Shown here: in pieces, positions 1-8,309 of the stretch
Layout: the number at the start of each line of letters is the position of its first letter
Position numbering within the stretch: position 1 is the stretch's first letter
Source of the DNA: Candidatus Natronoplasma sp.
GTDB taxonomy: Archaea > Thermoplasmatota > Thermoplasmata > Halarchaeoplasmatales > Halarchaeoplasmataceae
Direction: 5' to 3'
Assembly: GCA_048620775.1 (NCBI GenBank)
Contig: JBMCEH010000002.1
Location: forward strand, 1 to 45,489
Length of the DNA: 45,489 nt
The notes under the pieces: generated by a model
Told to the model about the DNA's origin: nothing
Databases searched by the model: none
Seen by the model: the letters and a program-made list of their open reading frames with translations, nothing else
Position numbers and translations under genes: made by a program

Positions 1-383
1 CCGAAGTAGAACAGAAGATAGAGCCTGAAGAGGAAGTAGAACCTGAAGAGGAAGTGGAACCTGAGGAAGAAGAACCTGAAGAGGAAGTGGAACCTGAGGA
101 AGTAGAACCTGAAGAGGAAGTAGAGCCCGAAGAGGAAGTAGAGCCTGAAGAGGAAGAACCCGAAGCCGAAGATGTATTCACTTGTCCAGAATGTGGAACC
201 GAATTGAGCCCTGGAGCCGAGATGTGCTATGCGTGTGGAGAGGACCTAAGTGATCTGGTAGAAGAAGAAGGTGAAGGTGAAGAAGGCGAAGGTGAAGACG
301 ATAAGATCGAGTGTCCAGAATGCGGGACAAAACTCGAACCAGACGCGATGATGTGCTATTCCTGTGGAACCGAGCTCGGTTAA
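1..383 (+). CDS. Acidic-repeat protein with two C-terminal zinc-ribbon motifs (5' partial, frame open to window edge)
   Basis: Frame 3 is open from nt 3. It encodes EPEEEV-type repeats followed by CPECG...CYACG and CPECG...CYSCG, with TAA at 381-383. The ORF-track start at 54 is an internal GTG inside the repeat. Confidence 0.6.
   Translation, partial: EVEQKIEPEEEVEPEEEVEPEEEEPEEEVEPEEVEPEEEVEPEEEVEPEEEEPEAEDVFTCPECGTELSPGAEMCYACGEDLSDLVEEEGEGEEGEGEDDKIECPECGTKLEPDAMMCYSCGTELG
21..173 (+). repeat. Imperfect tandem 18/15-nt coding repeat (about 9 units, consensus GAACCTGAAGAGGAAGTA)
   Basis: Units were read directly at 21-38, 39-56, 57-71, 72-89, 90-104, 105-122, 123-140, 141-155 and 156-173. 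They encode EPEEEV/EPEEE. Confidence 0.85.
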
Positions 384-447
384 GAAATAATATCAAGAAC
401 GATCTGAATGAAGCCATGGGTTTGAGTAACTAAATAGGGAAGTTAAA

Positions 448-1629
448 ATGGAAGTAGGCCTTGTCGGGAAGCCGAATGTAGGGAAAAGTACCTTTTTCTC
501 CGCTTCTACTAGAGCAGAGGTAGAGGTTGCATCTTACCCGTTCACAACGATAGATGCGAACAGAGGTATAGGGTACGTCACTCACCGATGTCCCCATGTG
601 GAGATCGGGAAGGACTGTGATCCGAACAATTCTCCTTGTAAAGCGGGGACTAGGATGGTTCCAGTAGAGTTGATCGATGTGGCGGGTCTTGTCAAAGACG
701 CCCATACTGGTAGGGGTTTGGGTAACAAGTTTTTAGATGATTTAAGACAGGCATCATCCCTCATACACATCATAGATGCAAGCGGATCCACCGATGAAGA
801 AGGGGAGCCCTGTAAAAAAGGTGAACATGATCCTAAGCAGGATGTAGAATTTTTGGAAAAAGAGATAGACCACTGGTTAAAAGGCATCTTGGAAAAGAAC
901 TGGGACAAAGTCTCTAGAAAGATAGAAGTCAGCGGATCGAAAATACAAAAGGTGATCTACGATCAACTTTCGGGGCTCGGTGTTTCTGAAGGGGAAGTGA
1001 CCAATGCATTTAGAGAGCTGGATCTCCCCAAAAATCCAACAAGCTGGGATTCAGAAGAATTGTTCGATTTAGCTCAAAAGATAAGAAGAAAGAGCAAACC
1101 CATGATCATAGCTGCCAATAAAGCCGATATCAGTAGTGAAGATCAATTGGAGGCGCTCAAAGGTCTAGACTATCCTGTTATCCCGACTTCGGCGGAGTAT
1201 GAATTGGCCCTTCGGAAGGCAGCGGAGAACAACATCGTAGATTATATCCCCGGAGACAACGATTTCAAAATACAGCGGGATGATATATCTAGGGAACAAA
1301 AAGAAGCATTGAAAAAGATTAAAAAGTTCATAAAAAAGAACGACGGCCTCGGCGTCCAGAAAACAATGGAAAAAGCGGTCTATGAAGTCCTAGAGATGAT
1401 AGTTGTCTATCCCGTTGAAAATGAGAACGATTACACCGATAAGGAAGGGCGTGTTTTACCCGATGCATATCTTTTGAAAAGAGGAAGCACGGCGGAGGAC
1501 CTAGCCTTTACGGTGCATACGGATATCGGGGAAGGATTTATAAGAGCTATAGATGCTAGAACTGATAGGGTAATAGGTAGAGACCACGAACTTAAAGATG
1601 GAGACATAATAAAGATAGTGTCGGAGTGA
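448..1629 (+). CDS. Obg-like/YchF-family P-loop GTPase-ATPase with C-terminal TGS-like domain
   Basis: N-terminal G1 motif GKPNVGKST, then YPFTTI (G2 region) and DVAGLV (G3). Length is 393 aa. The C-terminal ...GDIIKIV ending is typical of TGS. Confidence 0.85.
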   Translation: MEVGLVGKPNVGKSTFFSASTRAEVEVASYPFTTIDANRGIGYVTHRCPHVEIGKDCDPNNSPCKAGTRMVPVELIDVAGLVKDAHTGRGLGNKFLDDLRQASSLIHIIDASGSTDEEGEPCKKGEHDPKQDVEFLEKEIDHWLKGILEKNWDKVSRKIEVSGSKIQKVIYDQLSGLGVSEGEVTNAFRELDLPKNPTSWDSEELFDLAQKIRRKSKPMIIAANKADISSEDQLEALKGLDYPVIPTSAEYELALRKAAENNIVDYIPGDNDFKIQRDDISREQKEALKKIKKFIKKNDGLGVQKTMEKAVYEVLEMIVVYPVENENDYTDKEGRVLPDAYLLKRGSTAEDLAFTVHTDIGEGFIRAIDARTDRVIGRDHELKDGDIIKIVSE

Positions 1630-1632
1630 AAT

Positions 1633-4029
1633 ATGGTCGAAAGAACTGTGAGAATTCTCTCAGGCTCTTACAGCAAGATCGAAGACGGTGTGGTCATAGA
1701 ACTTTTTGGAAGGACCAATGAAGGAGTTTCGATAACTTTACTTTATGATGATTTTAGACCTTATTTTAAACTGGTCGAGCCCCCAGAAGACTGTTTAAGA
1801 AAATTGGAAAAGGACGACGAGATAAAGGAGATAACTACGGAGAAACTATGGGTCGATGGAAGAAAAAAAACGTGTAAAAAGATCGTCTGCACCTATCCGT
1901 GGAAGGTACCGGGATATAGGAATAGATTAAGAAAGAGATGTAAGGTCTTGGCGGCGGATATCCCATTCGTACAGAGGTTCATCTACGACTTTGATCTGAG
2001 TTCTACTGTAAAAGTTAGTGGAGAATTGATAGATGACGATTCCTACACCTCTGAGGAGATAATGTCTGTGGAGACGTTCGATAATACTGACCCTATAAAA
2101 CCGGACTTAGATATTTTGAGTTTCGATATAGAGAACAGCTTGGAAGACGAGAGGTTATTGACCATCGGATGCGTGATGGAGACCGAAGGCGACAAAGAAA
2201 CATTGAGTTTAGATGGTTCAGAGAGAGAGATGATAGAGGCATTTGAGAGTTTTGTACATGAAAAAGATCCCGACGTAATAACTGGTTACAATATAAACGG
2301 TTATGATCTACCGAAATTGGTGGAAAGAGCTGAAGACATTGGTATCAAAGAAATAAATCTAGGTAGAGATAATGGTAAGCTTAGAAAAAAAGGTCAGAGA
2401 TACTGGTCCGTAAATGGAAGGATCATCGCCGACGCGTGGTGGAGCGTCAAGTCCGAATTAAATCTGAAAAGGGAGACCCTTAATCATGTTTCTGAAGAGC
2501 TGCTCGGTGAAGAAAAAGATGATGTAGACTCCTCTAAAATAGACGAAGAATGGGAGAGGAACTCGGAGAGAGTAAAAAAGTACTGTGTAAAAGATGCCGA
2601 GTTGGCACTGAATGTACTAAAAGAACTGGAAGTATTGAGCAAGGCTATGGATATGGGCACGGTAGCAAAACTTCCGATTGAAGAGGGTTTGAATCCAAGG
2701 ACTTCCACTTTGGTCGATTCAATCCTGATCAGAAAAGCTGAAGAAAACGGCGTAGGTGTTCCGCTCACATCCCACGGTGGAAAGCGTAGCAAGATCAAAG
2801 GTGGCTATGTTCACTCTATCGAACCGGGTCTTTACCATTGGGTAAGCGTCTTGGATTTCAAGAGTATGTATCCTAGTATAATCATCCAGAACAATATCTG
2901 CTTCACAACACTTTCGGAAAAGGGTGATATAAGAAGCCCTACAGGGTCAAAATTTTTGACTCCAGAAGAAAAGAAAGGTCTATTACCCGAGATACTTGAG
3001 AATTTGATGGAAGAGAGGGATGAAGTCAAAGTGAAGATGAAACGAGCTGAAGGAAAAGAGGAGAGTTATTATAGAGGTCTACAAAACGCGATAAAGGTCC
3101 TCATGAATTCTTTTTACGGTGTTTTCGCGTCATCTTTCTATCGATTTACTGATCCCGATATCGGGGAAAGCATAACCGCATTTGCTAGAGAGAATATCAA
3201 ACAGCTTATAAAAGAATTACAAGATGATGGGTTAAAGGTGATTTATTCGGATACTGACAGCGTTTTCTTTCAATCGCCTGAGAAAGATTTAGAGAAGACC
3301 ATCGACATAAGTGAAGAGATCGCTCGAGATTACACTAGGGAAGCGATCATACTAGAATTCGAGAAAGTCCTTAATCCTTTCTTCAGCCACGGTAAAAAAA
3401 AGCGTTATGTCGGGCGAGTTGTTTGGCCTGAAGAAGATCTGCTCGTCAGAGGATATGAACTGAGACGTAGTGACTCTTTTCAGGCTCAAGATGAGGCACT
3501 TAGGGAAATATTTGAGTATATATTGGATGACGATGTAGAAGGTGCTGTGGAGAGAGCTAAGGAATTGATAAGAGAAGTGAGAGATGGTCAGATAGAGCTC
3601 GAAAAATTGGTGATATCTAGAACCTGCAAAAAATTTGATTATTATAAGAACCCAGATAGCATGCCGAATGTCCAGGCCGCTAGGAAGATGAAAGATTTGG
3701 GGTATCAATTCACTCCGGGGATGAAGGTATCATGGATAGTTACCGATGCGAGAAAAACGCCTCAGAAGGTGGAGCCATGGCTCTCTGATTATGAGTTAGA
3801 AAAGGAGCCAGATTGGAAATACTATGCTGAGAGGATCGCTAAAACACTGTCTAGAGTTACGGACGTTTTCGGCTGGGATAAAGAGGCTCTTTTAGCAGGT
3901 AACAAACAGTCAGACCTCTTCTCAGATGATTTCGATGATGAGGATGATGGGAATATAGGTGAAGAAAATACCTCTGAAGATGAAAAGATCGAAACTAAAG
4001 ACGAAGTAACTCTAGAGGATTTCGTATGA
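1633..4029 (+). CDS. polB: Family B DNA polymerase
   Basis: Exo I FDIEN, Exo II NINGYDLP, Exo III YCVKDAEL, motif A DFKSMYPSII, motif B KVLMNSFYGVF and motif C YSDTDSVF are all present and contiguous. No intein-sized insert. Acidic C-terminal tail. Confidence 0.95.
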   Translation: MVERTVRILSGSYSKIEDGVVIELFGRTNEGVSITLLYDDFRPYFKLVEPPEDCLRKLEKDDEIKEITTEKLWVDGRKKTCKKIVCTYPWKVPGYRNRLRKRCKVLAADIPFVQRFIYDFDLSSTVKVSGELIDDDSYTSEEIMSVETFDNTDPIKPDLDILSFDIENSLEDERLLTIGCVMETEGDKETLSLDGSEREMIEAFESFVHEKDPDVITGYNINGYDLPKLVERAEDIGIKEINLGRDNGKLRKKGQRYWSVNGRIIADAWWSVKSELNLKRETLNHVSEELLGEEKDDVDSSKIDEEWERNSERVKKYCVKDAELALNVLKELEVLSKAMDMGTVAKLPIEEGLNPRTSTLVDSILIRKAEENGVGVPLTSHGGKRSKIKGGYVHSIEPGLYHWVSVLDFKSMYPSIIIQNNICFTTLSEKGDIRSPTGSKFLTPEEKKGLLPEILENLMEERDEVKVKMKRAEGKEESYYRGLQNAIKVLMNSFYGVFASSFYRFTDPDIGESITAFARENIKQLIKELQDDGLKVIYSDTDSVFFQSPEKDLEKTIDISEEIARDYTREAIILEFEKVLNPFFSHGKKKRYVGRVVWPEEDLLVRGYELRRSDSFQAQDEALREIFEYILDDDVEGAVERAKELIREVRDGQIELEKLVISRTCKKFDYYKNPDSMPNVQAARKMKDLGYQFTPGMKVSWIVTDARKTPQKVEPWLSDYELEKEPDWKYYAERIAKTLSRVTDVFGWDKEALLAGNKQSDLFSDDFDDEDDGNIGEENTSEDEKIETKDEVTLEDFV

Positions 4030-4033
4030 ATGA

Positions 4034-4804
4034 TCATCTCTCGGCGATCACTACCCAAGTATCCGCATCTTTCAGATAAGGCGTGAAATGCTCGTTATCG
4101 AGGAACCTTATATTCTCAAATCCTGATTCTTCCAAGATACTTTTCATCTCTTCTTTAGAAAAAAGTTTTAACTGGATGTCGTATTTACCTCTCTTCGCTT
4201 CATCTTGTTTATCGACGAACAATTCTTCTTTTATCTCAAGCAACTGTGATTTTGAATCGAAACTAGTCTGGTTGGTTTTCCAGACGTCCATACCTTCAGG
4301 AGGAGCTCTTAAAGGTTCGAATTCTTTCTGTTCTCTTTGAAAATCATCATCGGGTAGTGGAAACAATTCGATTGCCAAGGCACCGCCGGGGCGCAAATGG
4401 GCGTAAGACTTGGCTAGAAACTCATCAATATCCTCTCTAGAGGTGAAGTGATGGTAATCTCCTGTAGAAACGAAAGCGAAGTCAAATTTTTTGTCCAAGC
4501 TAAAATATCTCGCGTCTTCGTTAAGCAATTCTATATTTTCTATTTCCTCTTCCTCGATCCTGTCCTCGGCGACATATATCATAGCTTTAGTGAGGTCTAG
4601 AGCGGTAACGTTAAAACCTTTCTTGGCCAGCCCCATGGATATCTCTCCTGTACCACACATGAGATGCAGCACGTCTTTTCCGTAATCTGAGGCGATCTCT
4701 TCCCAAAAGTTGATCTCATCATCCCTTTCAGGGAAAAAATAATCTATAGTTTCAGCGCGAAGTTCGTATACATCGCTGATATTGGCTGGCCTTACCTGCT
4801 TCAT
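4034..4804 (-). CDS. Class I SAM-dependent methyltransferase
   Basis: Motif I-like VLHLMCGTGEIS followed by an acidic residue at the end of beta-2 (ALDL). The 256-aa size fits the family. Confidence 0.7.
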   Translation of the reverse strand: MKQVRPANISDVYELRAETIDYFFPERDDEINFWEEIASDYGKDVLHLMCGTGEISMGLAKKGFNVTALDLTKAMIYVAEDRIEEEEIENIELLNEDARYFSLDKKFDFAFVSTGDYHHFTSREDIDEFLAKSYAHLRPGGALAIELFPLPDDDFQREQKEFEPLRAPPEGMDVWKTNQTSFDSKSQLLEIKEELFVDKQDEAKRGKYDIQLKLFSKEEMKSILEESGFENIRFLDNEHFTPYLKDADTWVVIAER

Positions 4805-4860
4805 GATGAATGAATTTGGCTAAGTTATTTAATCCTTTTGAATCTAATTGAATTTAGGGA

Positions 4861-5529
4861 TCATGGGGTCACGATCCCGTCTTCAGTTATTTTGAAACGT
4901 GCGCTTTTACCTTTCGCTTGCGATCTGTGTTTTTCGAGAACAGCTCTTCTGATATTGTATTCTAGCACTTCTAGAAGAACTATCGTCTTGGCATTATGGT
5001 AAAGTACGTGACCACCTACCGGTTTTTTTCCGTCATCACTCTCGTATACCTGGGTGGTGATCACAACGGGAATATCTTTTTTCCTAGCGACCCTCATCAG
5101 CTCTATCAAAAGGCGCCCTAATCTCGAAGAGATTCGGTCTTCTTTCTTTGAATTGTAGAGAGATCTATAGAATGTGGTAAAACTATCTACGATGAATAGA
5201 TTGAAACCTTTATCACTGTTCAGAGCTAACCGTGAGCCCTTTTTGATACATTTTTCCTGTTCTGAAAATGAATGAGGTTTGAAGAAGATAGTGTTCTCCA
5301 TCACCTTCTCGGATCGTTCTCCTGAGATCTGCTCTAATCTCTCCACTGAAACACCTTCGGTGTCGATAAAGATGGTTCTTTTGTCCTTCAAAGCTACATT
5401 TTTTGCCAACTGCAAACAGACGTTGGTCTTTCCGCTCCCTCCTTCACCAAAAAACTCGGTGATTATCCCTGACTCTATCCCCTTTCCGAGCAATGTGTCC
5501 AACGAATTGCATCCTGTAGGCAGTCGCAT
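4861..5529 (-). CDS. radB: RadA paralog RadB (DNA repair/recombination)
   Basis: 222 aa. LPTGCNSLDTLLGKGIESGIITEFFGEGGSGKTN (Walker A) and a Walker B-like LFIVDS. No N-terminal HhH domain, which fits RadB rather than RadA. Confidence 0.85.
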   Translation of the reverse strand: MRLPTGCNSLDTLLGKGIESGIITEFFGEGGSGKTNVCLQLAKNVALKDKRTIFIDTEGVSVERLEQISGERSEKVMENTIFFKPHSFSEQEKCIKKGSRLALNSDKGFNLFIVDSFTTFYRSLYNSKKEDRISSRLGRLLIELMRVARKKDIPVVITTQVYESDDGKKPVGGHVLYHNAKTIVLLEVLEYNIRRAVLEKHRSQAKGKSARFKITEDGIVTP

Positions 5530-5792
5530 AACAAAAGAAGATATGTGAGGGGATATTATGCTTTATGGTAAGAAATTTCCGCATCTTCCTTCCGAAGGAA
5601 TAAAATATTCCCTCCACTTAACCAAAGATACAAATTAAAAGAAATCAGTGAACTCATTCCTTTCTGCGAGTTACGCGGAAAGAATTTCCACTAACACGCA
5701 AGTTTCACTCGCAAACTCGTTTCAACTTGCGAGGGTAGCTGAGGAATAAAATATTCCTCATTCCCCCTCGATTACTCGCTGAAGCTCATAAT

Positions 5793-5904
5793 GCGAGGGT
5801 AGCCAAGCTAGGCCAACGGCGCAGGACTTAAGATCAAACTTCCATGGGTCTGATAGGACATCCTGTCCCGTAGGGGTCCGTGGGTTCAAATCCCATCCCT
5901 CGCA
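5793..5904 (+). tRNA. tRNA-Leu(UAA), class II long variable arm, with a 27-nt intron at 37/38
   Basis: Acceptor GCGAGGG/CCCTCGC plus discriminator A. Anticodon stem CAGGA/TCCTG with loop CTTAAG|A. T arm GTGGG-TTCAAAT-CCCAT. Variable arm TCCCGTAGGGGTCC. No encoded CCA. Confidence 0.9.
5833..5859 (+). other. tRNA intron with bulge-helix-bulge splice motif
   Basis: Central 4-bp helix 5827-5830 (CTTA) pairs with 5854-5857 (TAGG; one G-U). It is flanked by 3-nt bulges AGA (5831-5833) and ACA (5858-5860). Outer helix is 5834-5836/5851-5853. Confidence 0.8.
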
Positions 5905-5985
5905 TTATATTCTCTAATATTTCTTTAAACTTATATCTATAAGATTACTACTGAATCTTTAAGAATCCCAATACATACTAGGACG

Positions 5986-6578
5986 ATGAAGAAAGTAAAA
6001 CAGAAAACAGTTGCTTTAGCTTACATATCTTTAGCTTGTTTGATCATGTTTGTCGGCCGATTGACTGGTCCAACCTAATTGGTGAGTATTGAGGAGAGCT
6101 TGGAGGATATCTGATGCTCAGGCAGGGATTGTCCTCTCCAGAATGTAGATTCTTATATGCAATTCTTCAGTTGCCCCTGCGGAGCTCTTTCAGACTCATT
6201 TGGAAGGAAAAATTTATCCTCTTATCCATAGCGGCGCTCGGTGTAGCTACGATACTAATAGACTCCACTTTGAACTACATCATGATGATAGTTATCTTTC
6301 CCCTACTGGGGAATGTCTCTGGTCTTTTTCTGTTTCCGAGCTTGACCATGCTGTCTGAACTTTACAAAGAGAAAAAGGGCAAAACCCTGAGCTTACGTTC
6401 GGGATTTGGGAGTCTTTTAGGGTTAGCTCCGACGGGTCTTCCTATATTGGCTTTAATGATAGGTTGGAGGAACATCTTTATTCTCTATAGTTTCGATACA
6501 GCTATCATTTTTGTCGTGGAATCCATATTCATAGTCGTATCATTGGTATTAGGAAAGTTGATAATAGATAGAAAGTAG
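5986..6578 (+). pseudogene. Decayed and truncated MFS-type transporter
   Basis: Frame 1 gives MKKVKQKTVALAYISLACLIMFVGRLTGPT, then TAA (6076-6078), LVSIEESLEDI, TGA (6112-6114), and ...SCPCGALSDSFGRK (MFS motif A, 6181-6210). The hydrophobic continuation FILLSIAALG... lies in frame 0 after an A5 run (6208-6212). The whole covers only about 6 TM helices. Confidence 0.65.
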
Positions 6579-6721
6579 GAAAATCTTTTTTTTATAGTAT
6601 AAACAATCGGCCCTTTTACTATAAGTAGTAGCTTCGTGAAATCATCGAATTCTACATTTCACTATCAGAACGATTATTCGGGATAAATTTATATTCTATA
6701 AATCGAATTGATATCAAATAG

Positions 6722-7177
6722 ATGATTAGGGAATTATTCTTAATATCGACCCATATGACCTGGGTTGTGGTTTTCTTATTTGTACCGGTATTATTGTATT
6801 ACAAGGATAGAAAAAGATTTCCTACCTATTTGGTTTCGCTTGTTTCTGTTTTGATTATAACCTACTCTTTAAAATATGGATTTGGTGTACCTAGACCGGA
6901 GGATGCGGCCTTGGAAGTGATAACTCCACGTTTCCCATCTGGCCATACTGCAATGGCTTTCACCCCCATATTGTTTTTCAAGTCATGGAAGTACAGACTC
7001 CCGCTCTTAGGTTATGCCATGATTGTTGCTTATTCTCGTATTTATTTTGATCTTCATGTTCCTATCGATATAGTAGTGAGCGTGATCATTGCATTTTCAA
7101 TCTCATTATTTTTCCTAAGATACGAAGAAAATATAAATCAAAAATTCAGCGATTTCTCCGAGAGGTTTTCTCATTAA
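6722..7177 (+). CDS. PAP2-superfamily membrane phosphatase
   Basis: The tripartite PAP2 signature is present: KYGFGVPRP, PSGH, SRIYFDLHVPID. Several hydrophobic helices. Confidence 0.8.
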   Translation: MIRELFLISTHMTWVVVFLFVPVLLYYKDRKRFPTYLVSLVSVLIITYSLKYGFGVPRPEDAALEVITPRFPSGHTAMAFTPILFFKSWKYRLPLLGYAMIVAYSRIYFDLHVPIDIVVSVIIAFSISLFFLRYEENINQKFSDFSERFSH

Positions 7178-7214
7178 TCTATGACGATCTTTTTAATCCA
7201 AAAAATTAAAGAAG

Positions 7215-7287
7215 CGCCGTCGAGCGGATTCGAACCGCTAACCGCTCGGTTAACAGCCGAGTGCTCTGCCGATTGAGCTACGACGGC
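7215..7287 (-). tRNA. tRNA-Asn(GUU)
   Basis: The reverse complement reads GCCGTCG-TA-GCTC..GAGC-A-CTCGG-CTGTTAA-CCGAG-CGGTT-AGCGG-TTCGAAT-CCGCT-CGACGGC-G. It forms a clean cloverleaf with no intron. Confidence 0.92.
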
Positions 7288-7330
7288 ATTTAGCAACAAA
7301 ATGCTAAAAGGATATCCTATTAAACATTTT

Positions 7331-7639
7331 TTATCTTGGAAGCATCTCGATGAGCTCTTCGATGGTCTCTTTCATCTTTTTGAGGTCTTCAGTCAAATCT
7401 TTTTCAAATTTTTCGTGCCTTTCTGTAAGAGAAGCTCCATGACTCGTAGGTTCTATGATTTTGTCTTTCTGGAGTAAACGGAGAGAATACCTTATCCTGT
7501 GTTCCTCTATATTCATTTTCTTACTAAGCTTGCTTATCCCGATGGGCTGTTCCTCTTTGATCACGTCTAGAATCTTGATAGTCCTCTCTATCACTTCTAA
7601 CTCTGATTCCAGTTCATCGGTCAAGGAATGCTCGGTCAT
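7331..7639 (-). CDS. Small winged-helix DNA-binding protein (putative transcriptional regulator)
   Basis: 102 aa. The pattern PIGISKLSKKMNIEEHRIRYSLRLLQKDKII fits an HTH recognition helix plus wing. The family was not resolved. Confidence 0.5.
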   Translation of the reverse strand: MTEHSLTDELESELEVIERTIKILDVIKEEQPIGISKLSKKMNIEEHRIRYSLRLLQKDKIIEPTSHGASLTERHEKFEKDLTEDLKKMKETIEELIEMLPR

Positions 7640-7708
7640 GATAAAATCCCGCTGTAATCAAAAAGCTAAATACTATATAAAGAAAAGGGTTCAATTGGTC
7701 CGCTCCCA

Positions 7709-8269
7709 CTACTTTTCATCCCACCGCTCGAATAACGAATTATCTATTCCCATCGAATCTAAGATCTTCCCTACTATAAAGTCTACGATATCATCTACGG
7801 ATTCTGGTTCGTGATAGAAGCCAGGCATAGCGGGTAAAACTATCGCCCCCTCTGCGGAGAGTTCATACATGTTCTTCAACCAGGTAGTTGTCATAGGGGT
7901 CTCTCTCGGTGTCAATACGAGCTTTCTATCCTCCTTCAAGAAAACCGCTGCTGCTCTAGTGATCAAATTATCAGATATACCATTAGCGATCTTCGATAGA
8001 GATGACATCGAACACGGCACTATCGCCATGGCATCATATAATGAACTACCCGAGGAAGGCGGCGAGTCTAGGTCTTCAGGATCATAGACTTCGTCCGCTA
8101 TCTGAGACAACCTCTGGTGATCTATATTGAGTTCACTTTTCAGCAGGTCTTTACCCGCCTCAGATACGATCAGTTCTATCTTTACATCTTCAATTTTACT
8201 CAAGACCTCAAGAAGTCTTTTTCCATATATTACACCAGAAGCGCCGGTTATACACAGGAGTAACTTCAT
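7709..8269 (-). CDS. ubiX: Flavin prenyltransferase UbiX/Pad1 family
   Basis: ITGASGVIYG at the N-terminus, then AIVPCSMSSLSKIANGISDNLITRAA and LTPRETP. Length 186 aa. Confidence 0.88.
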   Translation of the reverse strand: MKLLLCITGASGVIYGKRLLEVLSKIEDVKIELIVSEAGKDLLKSELNIDHQRLSQIADEVYDPEDLDSPPSSGSSLYDAMAIVPCSMSSLSKIANGISDNLITRAAAVFLKEDRKLVLTPRETPMTTTWLKNMYELSAEGAIVLPAMPGFYHEPESVDDIVDFIVGKILDSMGIDNSLFERWDEK

Positions 8270-8309
8270 ATGTATACAAATGTGTTTATGTATAATATTG
8301 TTATGGATT

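Noticed and set aside
1633-4029. Inteins in PolB (and in AtpA at 16777-18687)
   Set aside because: The catalytic motifs are contiguous and the protein lengths are normal. No Cys/Ser-initiated insert ending in HN was seen.
6114-6578. 154-aa ORF as an intact gene
   Set aside because: The MFS motif A and the N-terminus lie upstream in another frame, interrupted by stops. It is better explained as part of a pseudogene (see the feature at 5986-6578).
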